In this document: piece by piece, positions 13,840-48,514 of the stretch
How positions within the stretch are numbered: the stretch's first letter is position 1
Layout of the letters: every line of letters starts with the position of its first letter
Assembly: GCF_018350175.1 (NCBI RefSeq)
Contig: NC_058381.1
Coordinates: forward strand, 22,754,001 to 22,818,000
Length of the DNA: 64,000 nt
Direction: 5' to 3'
DNA from: Felis catus
Lineage: Eukaryota
Made by a program: the position numbers and the translations under genes
The notes under the pieces: generated by a model
What the model was told of the DNA's origin: nothing
The model's database searches: none
Seen by the model: only the letters and a program-made list of their open reading frames with translations

Positions 13840-14227
13840 TGCACAATGGAATATTACGTGGCAATGAGAAAAAATGAAATATGGCCTTTTGTAGCAACGT
13901 GGATGGAACTGGAGAGTGTGATGCTAAGTGAAATAAGCCATACAGAGAAAGACAGATACCATATGGTTTCACTCTTATGTGGACCCTGAGAAACTTAACA
14001 GGAACCCATGGGGGAGGGGAAGGAAAAAAAAAAAAACAGGTTAGAGTGGGAGAGAGCCAAAGCATAAGAGACTCTTGAAAACTGAGAACAAACTGAGGGT
14101 TGATGGGGGGTGGGAGGGAGGAGAGGGTGGGTGATGGGTATTGAGGAGGGCACCTTTTGGGATGAGCACTGGGTGTTGTATGGAAACCAATTTGTCAATA
14201 AATTTCATATAAAAAAAATAAATAAAT
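13840..14227 (+). mobile_element. 5'-truncated young carnivore/felid LINE-1 3' end
   Basis: GCAACGTGGATGGAACTGGAGAGTGTGATGCTAAGTGAAATAAG (ORF2 tail), G-rich 3' UTR, AATAAA and A-rich tail, flanking AAATAAACCAA repeats. Confidence 0.92.
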
Positions 14228-14239
14228 AAATAAACCAAT

Positions 14240-14459
14240 GGGGCGCCTGGGTGGCGCAGTCGGTTGGGCGTCCGACTTCAGCCAGGTCACGATCTCGCGG
14301 TCCGTGAGTTCGAGCCCCGCGTCAGGCTCTGGGCTGATGGCTCAGAGCCTGGAGCCTGTTTCCAATTCTGTGTCTCCCTCTCTCTCTGCCCCTCCCCCGT
14401 TCATGCTCTGTCTCTCTCTGTCCCAAAAATAAATAAACGTTGAAAAAAAAAATTTTTTT
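14240..14459 (+). mobile_element. Young CAN-SINE (SINEC_Fc-like)
   Basis: GGGGCGCCTGGGTGGCGCAGTCGG head, CpGs retained, TSD AAATAAACCAA. Confidence 0.94.
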
Positions 14460-14800
14460 AAATAAACCAAAAAAAGGTAATAAAAAAATAGATTGTCCTT
14501 ATAATTACCAAAATCTTTCTTACATAAACACAAGTAACCACTACCAATAACCAGTAACCAAACAAAAATAATAACCAGTAATCATTACCAAACCAGTAAT
14601 CATTACCAAACAATAATAAAGCAGCTCGTCCCTTGAGATTTAACCAATAGCAATTGAAAACTATGTATTCTCATTAAACTCTAAATTATAACTTAGCTCT
14701 GTATTGCAGAGGTGAGGAGATTCAAAAGGTACATAGGTTAAAACTTTCATCCCAAAATATAAACACTATGGTCAGTACAAGTTTGATATAAAAGTCTCTA

Positions 14801-14926
14801 GGGGCGCCTGGATGGCTCAGTCGGTTGAGCGACCAACTCTTGATTTCAGCTCAGGTCATGATATTGAGGTTTGTGGGTTCAGGCGATGTGTGGAGCTCTG
14901 AGTGGATATTGTGGAGCCTGCGTGAG

Positions 14927-14976
<50 letters not shown>

Positions 14977-15026
14977 CCTCCCCCTGCTCATGGGTGCAGC
15001 ACTCTCTCTCAAAATAAATATTTTTT
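14801..15026 (+). mobile_element. CAN-SINE with long (CT)n microsatellite (about 14930-14975)
   Basis: SINE head and (CT) run of more than 20 units. Confidence 0.88.
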
Positions 15027-15388
15027 TAAGTCTCTAATCTACCATTAAAGCAATAGCAGCATTAAAGATTCTATTATAAGACACCAAGGTGGAATTTGTC
15101 CCCCTAACACTCTTTAGGTGTCTATAGGTGTTTCCAGAAAGTTCTAGGGACAATACTCTTACAGATGGGTGTGGCTATATTAAACATGACAGTGAACATG
15201 TGTTTAGGGAAGAAATTGTGCCCTTTTTTGTTACTGTTGCTGTTTTGTCTTTTCTAAATGCTGGTAATTGAAAATGCTTTTTCCACTGCTATCTTAAGAG
15301 GCCTTAAAGATGCATTATTAGATAGTGCTAAGCAGTTAGTTATGTCAACCCCCTGGCCATGAGAAAGATTAAAAACAAATTAATTTCT

Positions 15389-15597
15389 GGGGCACCTGGG
15401 TGGCTCAGCCGGTTAAGTGACCGACTTCGGCTCAGGTCATGATCTCACAGTTGGTGAGTTCGAGCCCCACGTCGGGCTCTGTGCTAACAGCTCAGAGCCT
15501 GGAGCCTACTTCAGATTCTGTCCCCCCCCTCTCTCTACCCCTCCCCTGCTCACACTCTGTCTCTCAATAATAAAAAAAACATTAAAAAAATTTAAAA
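15389..15597 (+). mobile_element. CAN-SINE
   Basis: Head at 15389; TSD AAATTAATTTCT. Confidence 0.9.
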
Positions 15598-17049
15598 AAA
15601 TTAATTTCTAATCTGAGAACAGCTCTTGTTTTGTGCGTATTATTTTAGCAAATGGTTAAATTAAATCAATTTAGAGGACTTAAAACCCTTGATCCCGATG
15701 TAAACAGAGTAACAGCTCTCTACCTCTACCTGACCAATTTGAAAGTTTTTAGTGGGTTTATCTTCATAATTAGATATAGACATTAAAGTGTGTGGGTGTC
15801 TCCTAGATTACATGGAAATTTCCTTCAAGCACAATCAAGTTATTATTTAGCCTTGCCACATCAAGTTGTTATACACAACTTCCAAACTTAAGAAAAATAA
15901 CCTCTAAATCAACTGTAATTTATGAACTGTACTCTGAAGTCCAAAATTATTAGGAAATATGCCATAATGCTTCAGAAATACTTGCCATCACCCACTTCCT
16001 TGAATGTGAAAAAGAACACAATCAGGAAAAAACGATAGAGAAGTTATTCAAACCTGAAATCCCCTGAACAGAGAGCAACCCTGCATCTCCCAACCCTGGA
16101 ACTCTGTATAGGAACTCGGCCCAGCACCTGTCCCCTGCCTACTCCCATTCCTAAAAAAAATGGCTCAATAAATAGGACAGCTTTGGTCACATTGCAGTAA
16201 CTTGAATTGTCACTAAGAAAATGACAAGGCTCCCCAGACAGCTGTAGCAACAGGAGTGACGGGAAATCTTCCCGGTCCTCCAAACCACCTGTAAAAGGGG
16301 ATGAATAAGGAACTCGCTGCTTTCTAGAAGGCCACATGCACCTGTGGATGTCTGTAATTAGGTCACCGTGGCCTTTAGCCAAGGTGCAAAGTGACAGTAG
16401 TGGGTAAAGCCCTATTTCCAAGCTAACCGTAATTCCTCCCTGCGGTAGAGTGGGAGGAGCTTGATACACCCTTCCTTGATTACACAAGCAGTTTTTTCCC
16501 ACTAGAATAAATGACAGGCCAACAAAAAGGAGAAAATATGATGTTGTTTGTATCTTCTACCAACCCGAAATCAGGCTCTGAGCAGACAGATGCCTGCCAT
16601 GCTCTGACTCCCCTGGTCTAGCCATACTTCCCTACGCCTGGGCAAATGTCTCAGGGGCTGCCGGCTGCAGAGAGGTCCCACTTCCCTCTCCGTCTTGGCC
16701 ACTGACGACCTCACACACCACCTCACACGAACAGAGGACAAATCCCTAAAGCGGGAGGGGGTGGGGGGGGGAGCACATTCCCAAACTTCTCCACTAAGCC
16801 TCCAAACTCCAGCCGTCTCCTTCCGAGAGGCCCGAAAGGCTCCTCCGCTAGGAAGCAGGGACAAGCCAGCTCCTTTAAGGGGGCACCAGGCCGCCGCGTA
16901 CCTGACTCAGTTTCCTCTGCCGTAAGGCGGCATCTTTCCCCCCACAAACCAATTGAACCTGCCGGTATATAAGGCGTTTGGGGATATTTGAAAAGACCCG
17001 TCTCCTGTTACTGCCCCCACAGGTGAAATGCTTTCTTTGGAGGGACTTT

Positions 17050-17650
17050 TACTGGGACAGGTGCGAGCTGCCCCGGATGCGGAGACTTCCAGCGAGGCAG
17101 GGAGAGTCCCAGGCCGCGCCCCGCACGGAGGAGGCGCTTCCAGACCACAGCGCGGCGAGAGCCGAGGCCGAGCAGCGCCCCCACCCCGGCCTCCCCCAGG
17201 ACCCCACCCAGGCCGGGCGCCCCGCGGATCCCAGCGCCGCCGCCGCCGCCGCCTCCTCACCTGCCGCGGCCGCCCGCCCGGTCCGCACCTGGGAGGGGAG
17301 GGGAGGGGAGGAGCCGGATCCGGGCCGCGGACGCCTCAGGCAGGGGGGCTTCGGACTCCGCCGCGGCGGCGTCTCCGGGGCTGAGGGGCACCGGGGGGCG
17401 GTCGCGACATCCTCACGGGCGGCCCCAGGAAGTTGGCCCCCCCACCCATCCCCAGCCGCCCGGCCCGGCCGCTCCCGCCCCTCGCGCGGCCCCGCCCCCG
17501 GCGCGGCCCCGCCCCCTCTCGGGAGCGCGCCTCCGCTCCCGCAGCGCCCGAGCCACCATAGAGAGGGGCGAGGCACGCGGCGGGCTAGAGCGCGGCCTCC
17601 GAGCGCGCCCCCTGGCGGAGCTGGGGCCGCCGGAGGCGGGGCTGGCCGAG
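17050..17650 (-). promoter_or_regulatory. RFFL: CpG island promoter and non-coding 5' exon(s) of RFFL
   Basis: GC/CpG-rich island with GC boxes (CCCCGCCCC at about 17490 and 17505) and minus-strand donor CAG|GTGAGG at 17261/17260. Gene identity rests on synteny with RAD51D; no RFFL coding exon is in the window. Confidence 0.75.
17605..17618 (-). promoter_or_regulatory. CTCF motif
   Basis: Minus strand reads CCGCCAGGGGGCGC, a full match to the CTCF core; binding not shown. Confidence 0.65.
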
Positions 17651-20550
17651 TCTGAACCTGAGTCCTGTGGATGCATGCATTCGCCCCTATCTGGGCATCC
17701 CTCTGCTCCTCGTTGCCTTGGTCACCAGACTGCGCGACGAGCTGGAGTCCAGGTCTGAGGCTCAGCTAGATGGTGGTCCAGCCTGGTGACCTTGAGCGGG
17801 TCCTTTAACATCTTTGAACTGGTTTCGTTGTAAGAGGTTGTGAGTCGCCTCTCCTATCTCATTGTTCCTCGCAACAATGCTATAAGCAGGTTCATAATGG
17901 AGGCAACCCGGGCCCATCAGGGTTCATTAGTTTAGTCAAGGTTCTGTAGCTGGAAAGCTATTAGAAGCCAGATCTGTAAGACATCAAAACCCATGCTTGT
18001 CCCACTCACTCGCTGGCACCTCCCTCTTCTAGGATTTCCCAGTCTAAACCCCCAGGGTTAGTTTTACCCTAAGAGGGTGAGGAAACTGCTCAGAGGAAGG
18101 CCTTTGTAAAAGGAAAATGACCCTGTGCTCGGGAGCCCACCCTGGCTATTCATCGGCTGTGTACCTTTCAGCAGGTACTAACACCTCCGAATTCCAGCTT
18201 CCTCATCCTTGAAAGAATTGGAATGGTTTAGGAGGTAGGTTGGTATGAGGATTACGGAGCACTACGGAGAAGTGCTTAGCAAACTATAAAGCACAAGGGT
18301 TGCATGGGGGATCGTTAGCCAGTGTAGACTAGGAAAATGCCTTAGGAAAATAATATACATTCTCATCATTCTTCTGACCAAGTCTAGTGATACTTTCTCC
18401 TATTTTTAGGTTCCTGTCAAAACCTCCCACAGTTGTGAACAGTTTGTATTTGAAAATAATGAGCATCACAAGGAAGTGATGTAAAAATACTATCATTTAT
18501 ACACGTAGACTCTCACAAGTATGATTTCCAATCTTCACAACCCAGCAAACTGAGTCCTGTCATTCCCATGTTATTAACAAGGATCTGAAGATTAATTCAC
18601 CCAAAGCCACACAGGTAGAAAAAGGCTAAGTTGAAATTTTAAACCAGGTCTTTCCACCCCCAGGAACTCATGAAAAGACTAGCCTTCTAGAGGTCTCCTA
18701 CCCCTAAATTAAATGTGCTCATCTTTTTCCTACCTGACTATATTCGTAACTTTCCTTGATGGAATTCTGTCCTCTCTGCTTCTCTCCAGGGCTTTAATTC
18801 TCCCAGTGAAGGCATTTATTGTCTCTTATTTTCCCCTCTCAGGACATTGTTCATCTTCATTCTGAAATGGATTTGTGACCTGTGATTAAGGCCCAGTATT
18901 CTCCACCTGATCTCTCCTTCTCTCAGTGTTAATTATAGTCATAGAAAGTTAATAGGTTCAGAGCAAGGATAGGGTGAGGCCCAGAGATGTTTTTGTAAGC
19001 TCAGTTTACAGGCCGAATGCTCAGTTCCAAAGGGAAGTGTGCTCAATCCATGGGTTAGAGCCTAGATTCATAACATCCTATAGAGGTCATTTTTTTCCCA
19101 GGGCCCTCTGGTCCATATTATAGCTAAATCATTGGAATGCTGCTAAATAATGTGCAGATCTCTGAAGCAAGGAGGTCTCAGAGCTGCATTTACCCACACT
19201 CCTCATTTCTCCACCTTTAGCATTATCACCATCACTATTTTTCATCTTTATCGTGTCCTTCTGCAGAGGCACTCAATAATGTACCCATTGTGCAAGTAAT
19301 CTAAAATCCTTTTCGGCAAGCAATAGTATTTAGTAGTAATAAAACACTAATTTGTCTATCAAGTGACATATTTATAGGAGCAGTTTACTTTGACATATTT
19401 TTATTATTTCTACTCATTTGCTAAGTACTTTCCAATACATATTTATGAAGCACATGCCTTTCCCAAAACAGTAGTGAAAAAATAAATCATATTATTTCTT
19501 TTATTAGTAGCAGCATGGTTTGTAAGTTCTAGTGCCCTGATTTTGTTACTTCTGGCAAGAGCCGAAAGAATTAATGGTGATTGAGCACCTACTAGGTGCC
19601 AGACTCTCTATGGAAGGCATTTTGCATAGATTATCTGTTAAATTCCCCTGAGACAATGTAATTTTACCAATAAGGAAAATATAATTCCCCCACAACATAG
19701 ATTTTACCAATGAGACAGACACCTTACCTTGCCTGAGTAATTTGGCTAGAAAGAGCCCCGCAGCATTTTGAACCTGGATCTTTTCCTTATCCAAAACCCC
19801 AAATCATCATTCTACTTCATCAGACCCCTCTTAACTTCTCTGAACCTAGTAAATTATGTAAAATATAAAGTATTCCTTTCTGAAAGAGGCCATGTAGAAT
19901 ACCCCAGAATGGAACAGAGATAAGACACAAGATGTTAACCCCAATTTTTCTATAGGAGGTAACTCTCTAAGGGAGTTATTCCCTAAGAAATCAGTGGTAG
20001 GGTATTTTCCAAAGGGAAGGGCCAGTACAAGAGTTCTACTCATTGCTGGGGACAGGACTGGTTATGTAGCTTGCAGGGCACAGTGCGAAATATGGGATGC
20101 TTGTTCCAAAAGTATTAAGAATTTCAGGATGGCAACAGTAGAATATAAGCACAGGGCTCTGTGCAACTGCACTGGTCATACTTCCTTGAAGCTGGCCTTG
20201 CCCGGACAGAAGGAAGCTGTCACTAATTATCTCCCAGGCATCAGAAGCCTCATAATAATAATATGAGGTTAAGTCCCATTATAGGCCTGGAAAAGTCTTC
20301 AGTGCTTTACGTAAACCATATGAACCTAAAGCAATTATAAGCAGCAGGTCTTATTTTCCCCATTTCACAGATGAAACTGAGGCTTAAGGAGTCTAAGTCA
20401 TGCAGTCTCTTGTAAATTCCCTAGTGGAAATTGGAAAGAGCTAATAAAGTAGATCTCTGATCCAGCTTTTTATGGTGAACTAAGCTGAAAAGAGCTCAGA
20501 ATGTATATAGCCTTGGCTGCTCTCTGGGAAAAATATGAAAAATAATCTTT

Positions 20551-20668
20551 TTTTTTTTTTTTTTAGGATTTTATATTTAAGTAATCTCTACACCCAACAC
20601 GGGGCGCAAACTCACAACCCCTAGATTAAGAGCTACATGCCCTTCCGACTGAGCCAGTGAGGCACCCC
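20551..20668 (-). mobile_element. Short CAN-SINE
   Basis: poly-T, AAGTAATCTCTACACCCAAC...GAGGCACCCC. Confidence 0.85.
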
Positions 20669-22881
20669 AACAAAGAGTTTTATCAAAACGTTTACATATT
20701 CACTGCTGAAGGCAGCATGAGGATGGACAGAAGAGTTTAGAATGAGACAGACCCGAGTTTGGATTCTGTTGCTATCACTTATTAGCCTTATGTCCTTAGC
20801 CTTGCTGGGCTCCTATTGTCTGTACAATGGAAATGATTCCCCATGCTAGAAGGGTGTCTGTTCTAAGATCTAAATGAGATGTGTACAAAGGGCCTAAGCA
20901 CATGAGAGCCTTGAAAAACTTGCCTTCTGGACTTGGGGCTGCCCACTGGATGTCTAATTCCTCCATGCAACTCCCTCCTTTCTAGTAGTGCCCCATTTCC
21001 CAGAAGGCCACAGCATGTGCTTAAGAGAAGCCTGACCCCAGCCCTAAGGCTATTTTCTTGTTGGTCTCAGCCAATCACAGACCCATTTCCCTTGCCATGA
21101 TTTAGGTGTGGGCTATAAGAAAGCAATTCTGTGCTAAGGTATGAGGTAAATCTGCTCTGGCTGGAAGTTGAATTTTCCTGGTTCTTAAAAGGACCCAAGG
21201 CCCGGGTTCCTGCCTATAGATACTGTCATGTCTGGATTGATGCTCAGAATGGCCACATCCAGAATTTAATGAGGAAAATGAGCTTGAAGACAAAACCAAC
21301 ACAAAAGGAAGGCAGAGTGGAGAAATCAAAGAGGCCTTATACCCCTTCACACTGAGCCACTGAACAAGCCAAACTCGGACTCCTTGTAACTGGAGATAAT
21401 GTCCTTATTGTTTAACCCTCTTTAGGCCAGGTTTTGTTACTTGCAGTGGAGAGCAGCCTCAAGGAGACATGGACCTTTTTTTGCCTGAGAGTCTCTGGGG
21501 GCTCAGGTGCCTGACTTAACGTCATCAAGTGCCAGCCCCGGAGTAGGGACTCAACATTAATTTTTTTCTAATATCAAACCCAGGACATACAAGAATCCTC
21601 CGTAGAAAGCTCTATAAAAAGCTACTCTGGGGAATCAATAACTATCTAGATCTAGAGAAAAACATCCCTGCGTTCCTCATTTGCCATCTTTAAAATGCAT
21701 TAGAGCCCACCCATTCATATAGTTAACCATTACTGAGCTCCCAGACTGCAGAGAGAACAAAAGGAAAATTGACATGGGGGCTCTTAAAATGGATCTTGAG
21801 CTCGTGGGCAGACAAGTGAACAGAAAGAGAGGCAGAGAGGGGTTATGATGTCTATCTAGACAATACTTGCTGCATAAAAAAGGGAGGATGTCAGGGTGAG
21901 TGTGCACCTGACACAGCAGATACATAAGCAAAGGGAGCAAAAGGCACTTGGGCAAAAAAGCCAGCCTGGCCCGAGGCCTGCTAGGCCAACGCACCGTGCA
22001 GCCTGTCCAGAATGGAGTGTGCAGTGGCAGCACGCAGGGTGAGGTGAAGCCCTGGTCTGAGAGCAAGATCCAGGGAGGAAGCAAGCTTGGGGGTTGGGGG
22101 GGCAGGATCCTGCAGGAATGTCACAGGGTGGTCTGGAGCAGCAGCGAATGGGGCAGCTTCCCGTGGCCAGTGAGGCCACCTGGGTGATGGCTGTGGCACC
22201 CTGAGTTGCAGTGAATTGTCCAGGGGAAGAGAAGTATGCAGATGGGAAACTAAAGGTAACAAGGAGACCCAAAGGTCTCTGGGGTCCTGGGTGCCCGCTC
22301 CTGTTCTGCCATGGGACCATCACTCCTCCTCTTTGGGCCTCAGTTTCCCTCTCTGGTTGGTCGAGACTACTTCGACTCCTGAGTTCCATAAAAAAAAGAA
22401 CCCTTGAGTGATTGGGGAGACCGCTGTGCAGAAATTACCTCTGTGGGCTCAAAATGCCCAAATGTCAGGAGCGGCAGGGATTTGCAACTCCTAGCTTAAC
22501 GTATTTTTCCCTGCTATGGTTGCAGAAATGCGCCAGCCCCTCAAGGTGTGAGGATACCGAACATTAATTTCTCCCAGGGTCCTCTCTGCAAGCAGCAGTG
22601 CCGGGCTCCCCCTCATCTTAGGCTCACCAACCCTGTCTTCGTTCAGGCAGATACCCCGGAGCCAGCGTGCTGCTCGTTCCTGGTCCTCCACGCTTCCTGC
22701 TTCTGCCTCGGCTACGTTCATCATCTTAATGTCCTAGCTTCCCCCTGTAACTCTGACCCCCCTTTTCCTGCAGCCAAGACACAACTAATTAATTACATGA
22801 CAGGCTCTCTAACCAAGAAAGGCGACCTTCCTTTAAAAAATGTAGTCAGTAAACAATTCTGATCATTTCTCTACTTTGCCT

Positions 22882-22887
22882 TTTATT
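22882..22887 (-). terminator. RAD51D: Candidate RAD51D poly(A) signal AATAAA
   Basis: First minus-strand AATAAA I can see downstream of the stop (about 1.15 kb); part of the interval is N. Confidence 0.5.
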
Positions 22888-23061
22888 ATTCTTTCCCTGG
22901 TGTCCTCCTCACCACCCCCTGCCCACCCCCCCAGCCATGGCTACAGCCCTCAGATGGATGGCCACAGTGCCAATAACAGACAGGGGGGTTATTTCATACA
23001 CTAGGGCACCAGGCTGTGGTATAGCTGGCAGGAAGAGAAGGGTAATTATATTGCATCTCGG

Positions 23062-23209
23062 NNNNNNNNNNNNNNNNNNNNNNNNNNNNNNNNNNNNNNN
23101 NNNNNNNNNNNNNNNNNNNNNNNNNNNNNNNNNNNNNNNNNNNNNNNNNNNNNNNNNNNNNNNNNNNNNNNNNNNNNNNNNNNNNNNNNNNNNNNNNNNN
23201 NNNNNNNNN
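23062..23209. other. N-run, 148 nt (in the probable RAD51D 3' UTR)
   Basis: Direct. Confidence 1.
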
Positions 23210-24034
23210 TCTATACTGTAGAGGGGCCCTGCAAGGCACCGTGCATAATAAACAAGTAGCTGGATTCACTGTGGTCACATCCTCCCTTCCTGTTAGATTA
23301 TATCCCTGGGACTGCAGGGAGTTCACAATCTCACCTAGTCATGGTGATGCATGCAGGTGTGTGAAACCAAATCGGCAAGAGGGAAAAAAGGAATAACCGT
23401 TCTTTGGAACCTCACTAGGAGAAAGTGAAAAACAACCTTCTGGGGGGAAATTAGGTGGCTTTGGGGCTCAGGGAATTTCGTCTTTGTATTTTTCAGAACA
23501 TGACATAGATAAAGGTTTTGCATTTACAAGGGCACTTCCACCTAGTACCTCAGAGACAAAGCTAGGGGAGCTCCATCTTACGGATGGAAAAACAGAGGCC
23601 AAAAACCCCCAAACAAAAACAAACAAAACAGACAGAAGCAGGGGCAAGCCGGAGGCTTCATGGCTCAGTCACTGTGTAAGGATGGAGTGCAGGCCCAACG
23701 ATGACACACAGGGTTCTGCTCAGTTACTAGCATGCCTCTTCAGAAATGCCCTAAGCCAGGGTGAACTCAGCTCCCACTGGAAACATACATGATAGAAACA
23801 AGGAAGAAAACTTGGCACCGGCATGGATTTCTGGGTCCTTCCACCACAGCACCTCTCTCGCCTGTAGCTCTGTTTCCACAGAAAGAGAGGCTGCGGAAAC
23901 AGAGATGCCTCTTCTGTCCAGCCCAAGAGCTTCGACTGGAATCCCAAGCGCTGGATGGCAGTGAACAGCAGGTGTTACTGTGCACAGAGTTGGGGGGCCC
24001 ATGATGGCCCTCCCTTTCCCAATCAGTAGAACAG

Positions 24035-40202
<16,168 letters not shown>

Positions 40203-40415
40203 GTTCCCTGGGGGTCGGTCCGGGTAACGCCGGGCTCGGGGCTGGTCGTCCGCGGGCCTCCGCGGGGCCCTCTCCCTTCGCCCGGCGGCACCCTGCTGGA
40301 GAAGGGGCGCAAGGCGGCAGCGCGGAGGGGGCGCGTCCCACCGGGTCTCCGCGCCTCAGCCCAGCTGCTCGCGCCACGCCGCGCTTCCGCCTTCCAGGCG
40401 CCAGGACCTGGCTTG

Positions 40416-40433
40416 CAGCGCCATCTGCTGGCC
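40416..40433 (-). promoter_or_regulatory. CTCF motif
   Basis: Minus strand reads GGCCAGCAGATGGCGCTG; binding not shown. Confidence 0.7.
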
Positions 40434-41761
40434 GTGCGGCGACAGGGCGGTTGGGGCGGGAGCCGGCCCCCAGTCCCCAGTTCCCCGCCCCACGACGCTC
40501 CACCCCGGTGCTCCCCGGCGCCCGCCGCGCGCTGCCTACTGGACCCGCTCTCCGCCCGCCACGCCCCGCGCCCGCACACGCCTCCACCCGCCTCCGGGGG
40601 CGCGCGCGCAGGTCGTGCGGCGCGCCCCCGGGCGTCGGCTTCTGTTCTAAACGCTGGGCCGCGGAGTTCGACCCGACGGACCATCCCTACCCTCAGGCAC
40701 CTACGTGTTAGTGGGGAGGACAGTGAAGAGGAGTCCAAGATACCGGGTAATTACAGATTTCTATGGTAGGTGCTCAGAAGCAGCAGAGAGGGCATCTGCG
40801 GCTCTATTTTTGAAACAACACTTTCTCTTTTGGGGGATGAATTAACAACAAAAACCCTGATGATTTGGAACACAGAAGATATGATTTGGCGTTTTTAAAT
40901 ATCCTTTGCTTTGCCTCGTCCTCTGGGAAACATAAAACAACTTTACAACTCCTCACAATCCAATAAGGCGGCTGCTGTTTTTATCCCCATCTTCCAGAGG
41001 AGGAAACTGAGGCTCAGCGAGGTGAAGTCACTTGCCAAAGGTTTACACAACCTGTAGGTGCAGAGCGGGACTTAGAGTGGACAGATCCACATGTGAGTGC
41101 AAACCCACTCTAACCACTCCCGGAGTTATGTGTCGGTTTTCCTACGGTAAGGTGGTTTCCTTGAGAACAGAAACATGTCTGGCCCATATTTGTATCCCTG
41201 TGCAGCATCCACCGTTGTCACTCAACACACACAGACGCTCGGGGTGAGGATGTGGCACATTTAGAGTTCTAGCAGCAAAACCTGGCTGTATGTGGGCTGT
41301 GAACCCCATGAGCCATCTGGACTTTCCCTGTGCCTACTGACATAGTTGGGGTTTGCTGCCCAGAATTTCTGGATATAGAGCCTCAGCATTCTGGAGACAA
41401 ACTCCCCCCTCCCAGAGACCCATTTCAGTGCTGCCTGTCTCCCAGGGCCCCTGCCGACTCCCACCTGCCCCCGGGAGGCTTTCTCTTACCACCTGCTCCT
41501 CCTTCCCAGAGCAGCTCCAAAGGGAACAGGTGGTAAGCATTTTGAGATCTTCAGAGAAGAGAAGGACAGGGTTGCTGTAACCGCAGAGCATTAAAACTGG
41601 AAGGGGCCCAAGGGATGATGTAGCCTGTCCCTTGTACCCCACTCCCAACACTGGCCCTGGGCGGCAGCAGCCTCCGATCAAGGGGGAGGCTGGCCCCTAA
41701 TTGTTACACTCTGCCGTGATTATGAAGTCAGTTCGTTGCACCCCCAGCCCACACAAACTAA

Positions 41762-48232
<6,471 letters not shown>

Positions 48233-48508
48233 GGAGGGCCCCGGGAAGCCCCTCACCTATCTTCAGCCTCAGCCCAGGGCTCTCAGGAACCAGAATCGTG
48301 AGATGTACCACCAGCACCATGCCAGGGAACTGCTGACCACCCTGCCCGGAGCCTGGTGGCGATGCTCCCAAATCTACACTCCTGGGCCCGGGCCTAGGCT
48401 AGATAGGAGCTCCATTCACCTGGAGATGCCACAGGCCAGGTCTGGTCAGCTACTGCCTACAGCTGCTCGGCATCCTCCTCCCCAGATCTGGGCTGGGTCC
48501 AGTCCCTT

Positions 48509-48514
48509 ATTAAA
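48509..48514 (+). terminator. FNDC8: Candidate proximal FNDC8 poly(A) signal ATTAAA
   Basis: ATTAAA about 280 nt after the stop. Confidence 0.45.

Noticed and set aside
14530-14620. Short degenerate repeats (AACCAGTAATCATTACCAAAC x2) resembling repeat-spacer units
   Set aside because: Local slippage duplication next to a SINE tail; no regular spacers, and eukaryotic context, so not CRISPR-like
16978-17655. 225-aa + strand ORF and other long ORFs over the RFFL island
   Set aside because: Stop-codon scarcity in GC-rich DNA; low-complexity P/R/G/A translation in several frames; no recognisable domain
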